Below, piece by piece: positions 17,145 through 27,383 of a DNA stretch of 44,033 nt; the first letter of the stretch is position 1; each line of letters begins with the position of its first letter. The DNA comes from an uncultured Candidatus Saccharibacteria bacterium. GTDB lineage: Bacteria; Patescibacteriota; Saccharimonadia; Saccharimonadales; JAGQNJ01. The notes beneath the pieces were generated by a model, which saw only the letters and a program-made list of their open reading frames with translations, did not search any database and was not told the origin of the DNA. Location: positions 1 to 44,033 of the forward strand of contig CAZPVO010000006.1 of the NCBI GenBank assembly GCA_964590205.1. The letters are read 5' to 3'. The position numbers were made by a program, and so were the translations under genes.

Positions 17145-17669
17145 ATGCTAACGCTGGGACAATCGTTAATTGGCAAAAGTGTGCTAAGTTTGCGCGGTGG
17201 CTCGCCGATTGGGCAAGTTAATAGCGTACTTATTGACCCGAATAACCTGAAAATTGAGGGCTGGTTTGCAACAGATCGACTCAGTAAACAAACCGGCATT
17301 ATCATTGCTCAAGACATTCGTGACCTGATTCCCCAAGGCATGGTGGTAAACGATCATGACGCAATTACGCCACCAAGCGATTTAGTGCGTTTAGAGCCAG
17401 TTATTAATTTGCATTTTACGCTTGTCGATAAGCATGTTATTACCGAAGGCGGTAGTCGACTTGGTAAAGTAAGCGATTTTGCATTTGATAAAGATTCTAT
17501 GTTTATTCAAAAACTCTACGTTAGCCAGTCGGTAATCAAAAGTTTTAGCGGTGGAACGTTGATGATTGACCGTACCCAGATCATTGAAGTTACTGAGCGC
17601 AAAATTGTCGTGAATGATGCAACTGTAACTGACAAGTCACCTATTACCGCGCCAGTTCCGGCACAGTAA
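17145..17669 (+). CDS. Tandem PRC-barrel domain protein
   Basis: Two repeats: LIGKSV...IGQV..VLID and V.TE.G.RLGKV.DF.FD. Confidence 0.8.
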   Translation: MLTLGQSLIGKSVLSLRGGSPIGQVNSVLIDPNNLKIEGWFATDRLSKQTGIIIAQDIRDLIPQGMVVNDHDAITPPSDLVRLEPVINLHFTLVDKHVITEGGSRLGKVSDFAFDKDSMFIQKLYVSQSVIKSFSGGTLMIDRTQIIEVTERKIVVNDATVTDKSPITAPVPAQ

Positions 17670-17675
17670 AAGTAG

Positions 17676-18284
17676 CTAATCTTCGTCGGACTCAAGCAAA
17701 GCCTCTTTAATGTCGCCGTAATTGAAGCCTTGGCGCATGAGATAAGCCATAAGTTTCTCGTTATCTTGATAGCGTGACTGCTTGCGTTTTCTAATGATAA
17801 TCTCCTTGATGACTTCTGGCTCATTGGTTTTGTCCTGTTCTAAAACTTCTTTGATAATGTCCTCTCTGACACGTTTTTGTTTGAGTTCGGCCGTTAATTT
17901 TCGCCGACTGGTTGAGCGTAAAATGCGCCGCGTATTTACCCACGCCGAAGCAAACATAAGGTCATCAAGATAAGCAATATCCTTCAGCCGCTTTACTGTT
18001 TTATCAATGACATCAGGTTCGTAATCTTTGCGTTTCAAATAATCACGAACTTCCCACTCACTACGAGCCCGGCGGGCAATTAAATCCAGACTGCGGGTAT
18101 ACGCCTTGTCTTCAATCGCTGTTTTTTGGAGTTCTTCAAGCTCAGTTTTTGTAAATTCCTGGCCAATCCTCAATCCCAAATTTAACAGTTCATTTTGCGA
18201 AAAACTAAACATATATTTGCCATCAACATAAATCGAATATCGATCCTGGCGTTTAACCTGCTGCTTGATGTCCGTGATTTTCAT
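17676..18284 (-). CDS. recX: RecX family regulator
   Basis: RYSIYVDG, RARSEWEVRDYL, YLDD..FA..WV and AYLMRQGF. Downstream of recA. Confidence 0.92.
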   Translation of the reverse strand: MKITDIKQQVKRQDRYSIYVDGKYMFSFSQNELLNLGLRIGQEFTKTELEELQKTAIEDKAYTRSLDLIARRARSEWEVRDYLKRKDYEPDVIDKTVKRLKDIAYLDDLMFASAWVNTRRILRSTSRRKLTAELKQKRVREDIIKEVLEQDKTNEPEVIKEIIIRKRKQSRYQDNEKLMAYLMRQGFNYGDIKEALLESDED

Positions 18285-18799
18285 ACAAAGTTGCAATCCA
18301 CCAGAACTTTCCGAAGCGCCGGAGTCATTTTTTCTGGTTCGCGGGTTAGCATCTGCTTTACCTCATCAATAGAAAACCATCTTAACTCAGTGACTTCTTC
18401 ATCCTGTTTTTTGAGTTTTATGCCCTTATCAAGCTTTACAAGATACACTCTGTTAAAGCGTTTCAGATGGTAGTTGTCACGGGTGTTTTCTGACTTGTAG
18501 TAGTAAATTTCTTCCAGTTCAACTCCGGTTATGCCAGTTTCTTCCTTAAGCTCGCGCTTGGCAGCAATTTTCCAACTCTCACCTGCATCAACATGCCCAG
18601 CTGCGGAGTGATCCCAGTGATTTGGGTAGACTTTCATTTGCGGCGAACGGAGTTGCAATAGTAATGAACCGTCTTCGGTTTGAACCATAATTCGAACAAT
18701 CCTGTGCCACTGACCTTTTTTCCAGGCACTTTCCATATCACTCTCACCAATCGGTTGATCATTTTCATCCACAATCTGAATGGGAGGATATTTGTGCAA
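18281..18799 (-). CDS. NUDIX hydrolase (YfcD/IDI-like fold)
   Basis: Nudix box GHVDAGE...AAKRELKEETGI, with VDEND, HR and LLLQLRS. Lacks the IDI catalytic Cys. Confidence 0.88.
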   Translation of the reverse strand: MHKYPPIQIVDENDQPIGESDMESAWKKGQWHRIVRIMVQTEDGSLLLQLRSPQMKVYPNHWDHSAAGHVDAGESWKIAAKRELKEETGITGVELEEIYYYKSENTRDNYHLKRFNRVYLVKLDKGIKLKKQDEEVTELRWFSIDEVKQMLTREPEKMTPALRKVLVDCNFV

Positions 18800-18801
18800 A
18801 G

Positions 18802-19818
18802 TTACTCCTTGTCGGCAGATTCGCGGACTTTTTTGGCAACCTCTTCCATAACTTTCGGATTATCCTCGAGGTATTTTTTGGCAGCTTCGCGGCCCTGGGC
18901 GATTTTTTGATCCTTGTAGGCAAACCAAGCACCCGCTTTCTCAACAATTCCCTGCTCAGTAGCGAGGTCTAGAATATCGCCAGCCCTACTGATGCCTTGG
19001 TTGTACATAATGTCGAATTCGGCCACACGAAACGGTGGTGCAATTTTGTTTTTAACAACTTTCACACGAGTTCGGTTACCAATAACCTCATCACCTTGCT
19101 TGATTTGTGAAATTCGCCGAATATCCATACGTACACTTGAGTAAAACTTAAGCGCGTTTCCACCAGTCGTGGTTTCAGGATTACCAAACATAACGCCAAT
19201 CTTCATACGAATTTGATTAATGAAAATAACCGTGGCGTTAGAGCGGCTAATAACACCAGTGAGTTTTCGAAGCGCCTGACTCATCAATCGAGCTTGTAAG
19301 CCCATGTGGCTGTCGCCCATTTCACCTTCAATTTCAGCTCGTGGTACGAGTGCAGCTACAGAATCAACCACAATCAAATCAACAGCGTTAGAACGAACCA
19401 GTGTTTCGGTAATTTCGAGCGCTTGCTCGCCGTTATCTGGTTGACTCAACAGTAGATTTTCAACTTTTACGCCAAGTCGCTTAGCGTATTGAGGATCAAG
19501 CGCATGCTCGGCATCAATAAACGCCGCTGTACCACCTTGTTTTTGGATCTCAGCAATGGCGTGAAGGGTTAATGTAGTTTTACCAGAACTTTCGGGCCCG
19601 TAAATTTCAATGATTCGGCCTTTTGGAATACCCCCGCCAAGGGCAATATCGAGCGATAAACTCCCTGTTGGGATAACTTCAACTTTGGCCTTGTGCGTCT
19701 CGCCGAGTTTCATAATTGAGCCTTTGCCAAACTGTTTCTCAATCTGATCCAGAGCCAAACCAAGGGCTTTATTTTTGCCAGTTGATTGTTCTTTGTCAGC
19801 GTCTTTTGCTGTCGCCAT
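18802..19818 (-). CDS. recA: Recombinase RecA
   Basis: [30 protein letters not shown]. Confidence 0.99.
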   Translation of the reverse strand: MATAKDADKEQSTGKNKALGLALDQIEKQFGKGSIMKLGETHKAKVEVIPTGSLSLDIALGGGIPKGRIIEIYGPESSGKTTLTLHAIAEIQKQGGTAAFIDAEHALDPQYAKRLGVKVENLLLSQPDNGEQALEITETLVRSNAVDLIVVDSVAALVPRAEIEGEMGDSHMGLQARLMSQALRKLTGVISRSNATVIFINQIRMKIGVMFGNPETTTGGNALKFYSSVRMDIRRISQIKQGDEVIGNRTRVKVVKNKIAPPFRVAEFDIMYNQGISRAGDILDLATEQGIVEKAGAWFAYKDQKIAQGREAAKKYLEDNPKVMEEVAKKVRESADKE

Positions 19819-19968
19819 TGTTAGTCCTCTCCCCCAGCCCTTAATTTTAGTGCTCCTAGTATACCAATACTCCGCACTATGTACAGCGCAATTTGTCCAC
19901 TCCTATTTTATCAAATTTTAAAAGAGGTTATGGTATATAATAAGCATAAGAATAGGCGAAACAAACGT

Positions 19969-21786
19969 ATGAAAATATCTGACAACTTAGTTGCCAAGCT
20001 GTTAACCGAATCGGGAAAGGTCAAAAAAGAGCAGCTCACACAATTGCAGGAGCAGGCGAAAGCCGAAAAGAAAAAGCTGCAAGATATGGCTATTAAAGCC
20101 AACGCTATCTCTGAAAAAGACCTAACTAAGCTATACGCCAAAGAAATCGATGCGCCATATGTGGAGCTCAATCCAAAAGAAATTGAGCGCGAAGTTTTGC
20201 ATTTGCTACCTGAGCGAATTGCTCGCCAGTATAACACTGTCGTGTTTGGTGTTGATGAACACAGTAAAAAGCTGCTCGCCATGGACGATCCTGACGATGT
20301 GCAAGCTGTTGGATTCCTGCAAAAACAACTTGGCACCGACGTTAAAGTTTATATTGCGCCGGCTTCAAATATTCAAGTTGCCATCGATCAATACCGTGGC
20401 AACAATATTAGTTCTGAGCTGACCAAAGTAATTTCTGATGAAGAGGCTGAAGAAAAAGAAGACGAAAATGTTTCCGAAGAAGATCTGGCCGAAGATTCAC
20501 CAATCGCCCAAACCGTTAACTTGATTATCGAGTACGCGGTGAAGGCTGGCGCGAGTGATGTGCACATTGAGCCACGCGAAGATTACGTGTCTGTGCGCTA
20601 CCGTGTAGACGGAGTACTGCGTGAAGCCAACAAACTACCAAAAAAAGTTATGGCCTCACTTATTTCGCGAATTAAAATTTTAGCTAACCTAAAAATTGAT
20701 GAACATCGTGCACCACAAGATGGTCGTTTCAAGATAAGCACTGCCGGCCAGGGTTATGCACTGCGTGTTTCAACACTGCCGATTATGGACGGCGAAAAAG
20801 TTGTTATGCGTATTTTGAATGAATCCTCGCAAGCACTGACGCTTGATGATCTTGGCTACTGGGGACATTCCAAGAAAACTGTCGAGAACGCCATCGTTCA
20901 ACCGTACGGTATGATTCTAGTCACCGGACCAACTGGTTCTGGTAAATCAACCAGTTTATTTAGTGTGCTCAGCATGCTTAATCGACCTGATGTGAATATT
21001 TCAACTGTTGAAGATCCAGTGGAATACCGTGTGGTTGGCGCAAACCAAACACAGGTTAATCCAGTGGCTGGCATGACCTTCGTGAATGGCCTCCGGGCGC
21101 TACTCCGACAAGATCCAAACGTCATCATGGTTGGAGAGGTTCGTGATGGCGAAACAGCTAATCTTGCCGTCCAAGCTGCATTGACTGGACATTTAGTATT
21201 CTCGACACTCCACACTAATAACGCTGCAACCTGTTTGCCTCGTTTGCTTGATATGGGTGTTGAGCCATTTTTGATCGCCAGCACGGTTCGAGCTATTGTT
21301 GGGCAGCGACTTGTACGCCGCCTGTGTGTTGATTGCCGCGAGTCATTTTCACCTGACGAAACTACATTAAAACAAGTGGCCGCAATTTTCCACACTGATC
21401 AACCTGAAACCATGAAGAATATTCATAAGCTTGAGCAAGAAGCACTTGCAGGCGGCATTGGCAAAGCTAATGTTTCTAAAAAATCCAAAGAAACAACCTC
21501 TGATTTAGCCACAACTGACAGTAAAATCGTCAAACTGTGGAAAGCTCATGATGGTGGCTGTGACAGTTGTAATCACACTGGCTACAAGGGCCGAATGGGT
21601 ATTTACGAAGTGCTCGAGAACAATGGTGAGGTCCAAAAGCTTATTGTCGCCAATTCCACTAGCGACGTGATTCAGCAGCAAGGTATAAAAGACGGCATGG
21701 TCACTATGCAGACAGATGGTTTTGTTAAAGCCCTTCGTGGTCAAACCAGCATTGAAGAAATTCTACGGGTAACAAGCGAAGCCTAG
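19969..21786 (+). CDS. pilB: Type IV pilus assembly ATPase PilB (GspE/PulE family)
   Basis: ASDVHIEP, PQDGRF, GPTGSGKS, EDPVEY, LRQDPNVIMVGEVRD, TGHLVFSTLHTN and two CxxC. Start placed at ATG 19969. Confidence 0.95.
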   Translation: MKISDNLVAKLLTESGKVKKEQLTQLQEQAKAEKKKLQDMAIKANAISEKDLTKLYAKEIDAPYVELNPKEIEREVLHLLPERIARQYNTVVFGVDEHSKKLLAMDDPDDVQAVGFLQKQLGTDVKVYIAPASNIQVAIDQYRGNNISSELTKVISDEEAEEKEDENVSEEDLAEDSPIAQTVNLIIEYAVKAGASDVHIEPREDYVSVRYRVDGVLREANKLPKKVMASLISRIKILANLKIDEHRAPQDGRFKISTAGQGYALRVSTLPIMDGEKVVMRILNESSQALTLDDLGYWGHSKKTVENAIVQPYGMILVTGPTGSGKSTSLFSVLSMLNRPDVNISTVEDPVEYRVVGANQTQVNPVAGMTFVNGLRALLRQDPNVIMVGEVRDGETANLAVQAALTGHLVFSTLHTNNAATCLPRLLDMGVEPFLIASTVRAIVGQRLVRRLCVDCRESFSPDETTLKQVAAIFHTDQPETMKNIHKLEQEALAGGIGKANVSKKSKETTSDLATTDSKIVKLWKAHDGGCDSCNHTGYKGRMGIYEVLENNGEVQKLIVANSTSDVIQQQGIKDGMVTMQTDGFVKALRGQTSIEEILRVTSEA

Positions 21787-21803
21787 GGGGCGCAGGCAAA
21801 CAT

Positions 21804-23084
21804 ATGGCTCAATTTCAGTACACAGCGCTCAAAGATCAGAAAAAAATAACCGGCACCATTGAAGGCAGTAGCAAAGAAGCTGTCATGGAAGCTCTGCGCA
21901 AGCAAGGTTTGCATCCACTGCTCATCAAAGCCGGCAGCGGTAAAGGATTCCTCGGAAAACTTAAACGCAATAAAAAGGTGAAACTTCGTGATCTAGCCTT
22001 ATTTTCTCGCCAACTTTCCACGATGATCTCAGCCGGTGTACCACTTAACCGATCGCTGGCAACGCTTCAGTCCCAAACAAATAATAAGTATTTTCAAAAG
22101 GTAATTATGAATATAGGTAAAGACATTGAAAGTGGTAAACCACTGGCTGATGCTTTTGCCAAATATCCAAATATTTACTCTGATGTGTACGTTAACATGG
22201 TGCGTGCCGGCGAAGCAGGTGGTATTTTGGATGAAATTTTCAAACGAATCGCCAGCCAGGTTGAGCAAGATGCCAGTATGCGTAAAAAAATCAAAAGCGC
22301 CATGATGTATCCAATTGTTATTCTGACCATTACCATCGTAGCTTTCTTTGGTATTATGATTTTTATCATTCCAAAAATCGCCAAAATTTTAAAAGATCTT
22401 GGTGGACCAGATGCCAAATTGCCGATTTATACGCAAATTATGCTTGATATCAGTGGATTTTTGGTGAGCAACACTATCATCGCGCATATTCCTCTGCTTA
22501 ATATGATTCCTGTTATTAATAAAATTCCAAATGCTGCCTTTATTATTGTGGCCTTCGGCATAATCCTATTCTTTGTTCGTCGCTACATTAAAACGCCTAA
22601 GGGTAAGTATAAATTCCACTTTCTGCTTCTAAAAATTCCGATCCTTAAAACAGTTCTGCTGAAAATTGCAGTGTCGCGTTTTGCTCGGACCTTCGCGTCA
22701 CTCATGTCTGCAGGTGTTGGTGTTTTGGACGCGCTGGAAGTTACCGGTGGTGCAATTGGTAATAAAGTTGTTGAGAAAGAACTTCAAGATGCTGCTAAAG
22801 AAGTTAAAAATGGTAAGCAACTCTCGCAACCGTTGAGTCAAAGTAAATACTTCCCGCCAATTGTGGCTCAAATGTTAGCTGTTGGTGAAGAAACTGGTCA
22901 GATTGATACAATTCTCGTCAAAGTAGCCGACTTTTACGAAGAAGAGGTCGAAACGACTATTGATGGACTGAGCTCCATTATTGAGCCATTGATGATTGTT
23001 GTTCTGGGAAGTATTGTTGGTGTAATTGCTGCCAGCGTTATGGGTCCAATTAGCTCACTCAGCAAGAACATTGGCAATAACTAG
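21804..23084 (+). CDS. pilC: Type IV pilus platform protein PilC (GspF family)
   Basis: FSRQLSTMISAGVPL, AGEAGG.L, AMMYP, VGEETG, IEP. Confidence 0.95.
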   Translation: MAQFQYTALKDQKKITGTIEGSSKEAVMEALRKQGLHPLLIKAGSGKGFLGKLKRNKKVKLRDLALFSRQLSTMISAGVPLNRSLATLQSQTNNKYFQKVIMNIGKDIESGKPLADAFAKYPNIYSDVYVNMVRAGEAGGILDEIFKRIASQVEQDASMRKKIKSAMMYPIVILTITIVAFFGIMIFIIPKIAKILKDLGGPDAKLPIYTQIMLDISGFLVSNTIIAHIPLLNMIPVINKIPNAAFIIVAFGIILFFVRRYIKTPKGKYKFHFLLLKIPILKTVLLKIAVSRFARTFASLMSAGVGVLDALEVTGGAIGNKVVEKELQDAAKEVKNGKQLSQPLSQSKYFPPIVAQMLAVGEETGQIDTILVKVADFYEEEVETTIDGLSSIIEPLMIVVLGSIVGVIAASVMGPISSLSKNIGNN

Positions 23085-23121
23085 GCAAGGCTTCTCTTTT
23101 CCCTACCTGTGTAAAAGAGGG

Positions 23122-23149
23122 TTGACGCTCTTACGCTTATGGTTATAAT
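23122..23149 (+). promoter_or_regulatory. Sigma70-type promoter of the major pilin, with CTTACGCTTA in the spacer
   Basis: TTGACG-16 nt-TATAAT. AAGGAGG SD before ATG 23226. Confidence 0.75.
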
Positions 23150-23225
23150 GATATCTAGCTAGAACCCTTATGGGGATCTTAGTAGAAGTAATAATATAAA
23201 AAGAATTCAAGGAGGGTGGGTCCCT

Positions 23226-23702
23226 ATGACTTCACTAAAACTTAAACAACGCGGTTTTACGATCGTCGAACTCTTGATCGTAATCGTCGTTATCGGTATC
23301 TTGGCAGCACTTGTCATTACAACATTTACCGGTATTCAACAAAAAGCTCGAAACACTGAGCGTCAAACTGATGTTAAGGCACTACATGGCCAAATTGAGG
23401 CTTACTACGCTCAAAATGGTCGCTATCCATCACTTGCAAACATGAACAGCAACTCATGGCGAGGAACTAACATGAAGGGTCTTGACTGTGAAGCAATGAA
23501 AGATCCAAAAGGTACAGGAAGTGGTACATGTACTACTGATGCTGCACCTTACCAGCTATCTGACACAGCAGGAGCAGGCGCATATAGTTACGTTGTAACT
23601 CCTTCAGGTTGTGACAATGGTTCAGGCGGTGACTGTACTGCTTACACCTTGACTGCAACTTACGAAGGTGGTGGTACATTCAGTAAGACTAACCTTAACT
23701 AA
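23226..23702 (+). CDS. Type IV major pilin (probable)
   Basis: KQRG|FTIVELLIVIVVIGILAAL class III signal. Its own promoter, strong SD and terminator suggest high monocistronic expression. Confidence 0.92.
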   Translation: MTSLKLKQRGFTIVELLIVIVVIGILAALVITTFTGIQQKARNTERQTDVKALHGQIEAYYAQNGRYPSLANMNSNSWRGTNMKGLDCEAMKDPKGTGSGTCTTDAAPYQLSDTAGAGAYSYVVTPSGCDNGSGGDCTAYTLTATYEGGGTFSKTNLN

Positions 23703-23720
23703 TCAGATTAGTTAAAAGTT

Positions 23721-23753
23721 AAAAGCGGCCGGTGGCAACATCGGTCGTTTTTT
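23721..23753 (+). terminator. Rho-independent terminator after the major pilin
   Basis: GCGGCCGGTG-GCAA-CATCGGTCGT hairpin followed by a T run. Confidence 0.8.
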
Positions 23754-23794
23754 ATTACCACCGGCGTGATAAGGGTTGTATAATGTAGGTAAGC

Positions 23795-24196
23795 ATGAGC
23801 AAGATAAACATTGGGCAAGAAGGTTTTACTGTTGTCGAGTTGATCGTCACATTGATTGTGGGGGCTATTTTTGTTGTCGCTATGAATGCTATGTTTACCA
23901 CACAAAGCTATATTAGCGCTCGAGAAAAAGACACTGTCCTCGCAAATGCCTATGCTGAAGCTAAGTTTGAAAGCTTGCGGAGCGCCGGCTTTTTGGCTCT
24001 AACAAACGGTACAACAAGTGTTACGAGTGAACTGCCGACTGAGCTTAAATCTCCCCACAGTGGTAGTTTAGTAATTTCTTCGTACAATGATTCAGTCAAA
24101 AAAGCTGATCTCACAATTACTTACAACGAGCAAGGTACAAGTCGTAGCCTGACATATACAAGTTACATAGGAGAGTTGGGTGTTGGGCAATATTAA
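23795..24196 (+). CDS. Minor pilin (PilV-like)
   Basis: QEG|FTVVELIV prepilin motif. Confidence 0.88.
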   Translation: MSKINIGQEGFTVVELIVTLIVGAIFVVAMNAMFTTQSYISAREKDTVLANAYAEAKFESLRSAGFLALTNGTTSVTSELPTELKSPHSGSLVISSYNDSVKKADLTITYNEQGTSRSLTYTSYIGELGVGQY

Positions 24197-24869
24197 ATCC
24201 AAAATAAAGAGTTTCCCGCAGAGTGGATTTACTCTTGTTGAGCTTATTATTAGCATTTCCCTCCTGGGAATTATCTCTGTAAGTTTATTCGCTATTATTA
24301 CAAATTACCTGGTACTGGTAACACGCAACCAGACAATTATAGATATGACTACCAGTTCACAGAACATGCTTCGTGCAGTTGTCGAAGAGCTACGTTATGG
24401 TGCTGGTGTTCGTCAAACAAATACTATCACTGATGCACATGCTCCATCCGGCGGTTGGAATACCAGTAATAGCGCATTTATTATTGTTATCGCTGTTCCA
24501 GCCGAAGATACGAGCCACAACTACATTATTGATCCGAGTACTGGCAGCCCCTATAACAACGAGCTCGTTTATTTTAAACAAGGTACAACTCTTTATCGAC
24601 GTACACTGGCTAACCCCAGCGCCAGCGGTAACAGTATTAAAACTACTTGTCCAAGTGCAAGTGCATCAAGCTCCTGCCCGGCTGACGCTCAACTGCTTGA
24701 TAACCTAAATAACATGGTATTTACACTTTATGATCAAGATAACAATACGACCACAGATCCACTGCAAGCACGTTCTGTAAAAATTGATTTATCAATGTAT
24801 AAAGATACTTTCGGTGATCCTGTAACCCTAACCAATAGCATTCGCGTAACACTAAGGAACCAATTCTGA
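24180..24869 (+). CDS. Minor pilin (PilW-like)
   Basis: QSG|FTLVELII prepilin motif and a Cys pair. Confidence 0.88.
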   Translation: MLGNIKSKIKSFPQSGFTLVELIISISLLGIISVSLFAIITNYLVLVTRNQTIIDMTTSSQNMLRAVVEELRYGAGVRQTNTITDAHAPSGGWNTSNSAFIIVIAVPAEDTSHNYIIDPSTGSPYNNELVYFKQGTTLYRRTLANPSASGNSIKTTCPSASASSSCPADAQLLDNLNNMVFTLYDQDNNTTTDPLQARSVKIDLSMYKDTFGDPVTLTNSIRVTLRNQF

Positions 24870-26245
24870 TGAAAAAAAGACTCTTGCTTCAACAACAAAA
24901 TGGTTCAGTTTTAGTTTCGCTACTCCTGATTATGCCATTTTTAATACTTATTGCAGCGACGTATTTAAGTTTGGCGGTTAATGGCAACCGCGTTGCACAA
25001 AAAGACGAGGCACACACCTATGCACAATTAGCTGCAGACGCAGGTGCTGACCGTTCAGTGTACGAAATTAGTCAGAATGCCAACTATGCCGGCACGGGGT
25101 CAGAAGTTACCCTGCAGAGTGATAGTAGTGTCAAAACCACCTACCAAACCACCGTTACTACTGCCGCTGATAACACAAGTAAAACCATAACGACAATTGG
25201 ACGAACATATAAACCAGCCAGTAGTTCTACGGCAACCTCTTCTGTGAAAATTGCTGTTGATCTCCGACCAGTAACCTCTGGCAGCTATAGCGTTGTTACA
25301 GGTGTAGGTGGTTTGTATATGAGTAACAGTGCCAAGATTTTAGGTGGTAGTGTACAAGTTAATGGTGAGATCCAGATGTCGAATACGGCTCAGATTGGGC
25401 TTACAAACAGCCCAATAACATTAACTGTGGCTAACCAAAACTGCCCTGTACCAGCTACTTCCGCTTATCCTCGTATTTGTAACACCAGTGAAAGCACTCC
25501 GCCAATTTCAATTTCTAATAGTGCTCATATTTACGGTGATGTTAAAGCCAATAACCAAGTAAGTGGTTCAGGTATGTCCAACCCTGGGCTAACTGGAACT
25601 TCGGGTGTAAGTGCCCAAAGTCTACCAGCTTATGATCGTGCTGCTCAAAAAGCAGCCGTGGCAAGTACGCAAACCGGTGCTGCTGCTGGGTGTTCAGGTA
25701 GTACTACTAAGACGTGGCCGGCAAACCTTAAAATTACTGGTAATGTCGATATCAGTAACAGCTGTCAGGTTACTGTCAGCGGAAATGTTTGGATTACTGG
25801 TAAGTTAACGCTCAGCAATACAGCGAAAATTATTGTGAGTAATTCGCTCGGCGCTACGCGACCTGTCATCATGGTAGATGGTGCACCTACATCAGTAAAT
25901 CTTTCTAACAATACTGAGCTTAAGGCCAATAGCACTGGTACAGGCTTTGAAATTATTACCTATTACAGTCGAGCAAGCTGTTCTCCAGATTGTAGTGATG
26001 TAACCGGGACTGACCTCTATAATTCGCGAAATGACGTCACAATTGATATGAATAACTCTTCAGGAGCGGGATCAACCATTTTATATGCTCATTGGTCACG
26101 AGTTAACCTATCAAACACTGGTCAAATCGGTGCTTTAGTTGGTCAAACTGTGCAGCTAAGCAACAGCGCCACTATTACATTCGGAACTGCTGTAAGTACT
26201 GGTTCAACGTATTGGGTTATTAATGGGTACCGGCGAGTTTTTTAG
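24869..26245 (+). CDS. Large PilX-like minor pilin with S/T/N-rich beta-helix-like C-terminal domain
   Basis: QNG|SVLVSLL without Glu5, AQLAADAG motif, repeated xSNxAxI units and several Cys. Confidence 0.8.
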   Translation: MKKRLLLQQQNGSVLVSLLLIMPFLILIAATYLSLAVNGNRVAQKDEAHTYAQLAADAGADRSVYEISQNANYAGTGSEVTLQSDSSVKTTYQTTVTTAADNTSKTITTIGRTYKPASSSTATSSVKIAVDLRPVTSGSYSVVTGVGGLYMSNSAKILGGSVQVNGEIQMSNTAQIGLTNSPITLTVANQNCPVPATSAYPRICNTSESTPPISISNSAHIYGDVKANNQVSGSGMSNPGLTGTSGVSAQSLPAYDRAAQKAAVASTQTGAAAGCSGSTTKTWPANLKITGNVDISNSCQVTVSGNVWITGKLTLSNTAKIIVSNSLGATRPVIMVDGAPTSVNLSNNTELKANSTGTGFEIITYYSRASCSPDCSDVTGTDLYNSRNDVTIDMNNSSGAGSTILYAHWSRVNLSNTGQIGALVGQTVQLSNSATITFGTAVSTGSTYWVINGYRRVF

Positions 26246-26318
26246 CCTCTATTTACATCGGTAAATGTGGTATAGTTTAAGAGAAAGAGCTTACGCTTAA
26301 TTGGGCACTATAAAAAGT

Positions 26319-27383
26319 ATGAACAAAACTCATTTTTATAAAGACAAACCCTTGTTCGGACTTGATATTGGTTTTACCAGCATCAAGCTTATGCAATTGG
26401 TGCCTACTGCTAAAAAATTTACTGTAGCCGGCTACGGCGTGAATACGTTTAATCCAAAAGCTGTTGATAACGGTACGATTGTCGATTATGAGAATATGGC
26501 TGGCTCTGTGCTGGAATTATTCAAAAAACATCTGGTAGGTGACATTACAACCCCGCGCGTCGCTATGTCAGTACCTGCCGCCCGGACATTTACTCGTATC
26601 CTTACCCTGCCCCAGCTTGACGTTAAAGACATCGGCGAAGCTGTACGGCTCGAAGCCGAGCAATATATTCCGGTGCCAATTGATGACTTGTATATAGATT
26701 TTCAGCTCATTAGCAAATCTGAAAAAGGCCAAGACTTATTAGTTGTGGCCGTCCCCAAAAAAATAATTGATTCATACATGAACCTGGCAAACATTTTGGG
26801 ACTTGAAGTTATTGCTATGGAAACAACCATTGGCTCAACCAGTCGTTTGTTCCAACACACTGATCAGCAAGATTTACCAACCGTTATCATTGACTTCGGC
26901 TCAGTCTCGGCTGATGTGACAATTTTTGATAAGCAACATCTAGTGGTAACGGGAACAATCCCTGGTGGTGGTGATGATTTTACTAAGTCAATTGCCGAAA
27001 ATCTGGGCGTGACCGATCAAGAGGCGCATATCATCAAGACCAAGTACGGTCTTGGTGTTAGCAAAAAACAACACGAAATCGCCCATGCACTGGAACCAAA
27101 ACTGCAGGTCATCGACAAAGAAATTCGTCGTATGTTGCGCTACTACGATGAACGCTCCAACACCAATAGAAAAATTGGCCAAATTATTACACTGGGTGGT
27201 GGTGCAAACATGCCAGGGCTCAGCGAATATTTAACCAACAGCCTTCGAGTGCCTGTCCGCTCGTGCGATCCATGGGGCAGTATTAGTTTTGGACGATTAC
27301 AACCGCCAAGCACGCTTGAAAAATCGATTTATCTGACTGTAGCTGGTCTGGCACTCATTAATCCGAAGGAGATTTTCGCATGA
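26319..27383 (+). CDS. pilM: Type IV pilus assembly protein PilM
   Basis: FGLDIG..SIK, EAEQYIP, IIDFG, GGGANMPGL and AGLAL (actin/FtsA fold). Confidence 0.93.
   Translation: MNKTHFYKDKPLFGLDIGFTSIKLMQLVPTAKKFTVAGYGVNTFNPKAVDNGTIVDYENMAGSVLELFKKHLVGDITTPRVAMSVPAARTFTRILTLPQLDVKDIGEAVRLEAEQYIPVPIDDLYIDFQLISKSEKGQDLLVVAVPKKIIDSYMNLANILGLEVIAMETTIGSTSRLFQHTDQQDLPTVIIDFGSVSADVTIFDKQHLVVTGTIPGGGDDFTKSIAENLGVTDQEAHIIKTKYGLGVSKKQHEIAHALEPKLQVIDKEIRRMLRYYDERSNTNRKIGQIITLGGGANMPGLSEYLTNSLRVPVRSCDPWGSISFGRLQPPSTLEKSIYLTVAGLALINPKEIFA

Noticed and set aside
18281-18799. Type 1 isopentenyl-diphosphate isomerase
   Set aside because: The catalytic Cys motif (NxxCxHP) is replaced by HSAAGHV and a full Nudix box is present, so it is better called a NUDIX hydrolase.
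19819-19968. LexA/SOS box upstream of recA
   Set aside because: No convincing GAAC-N4-GTTC or CTGT-N8-ACAG palindrome.
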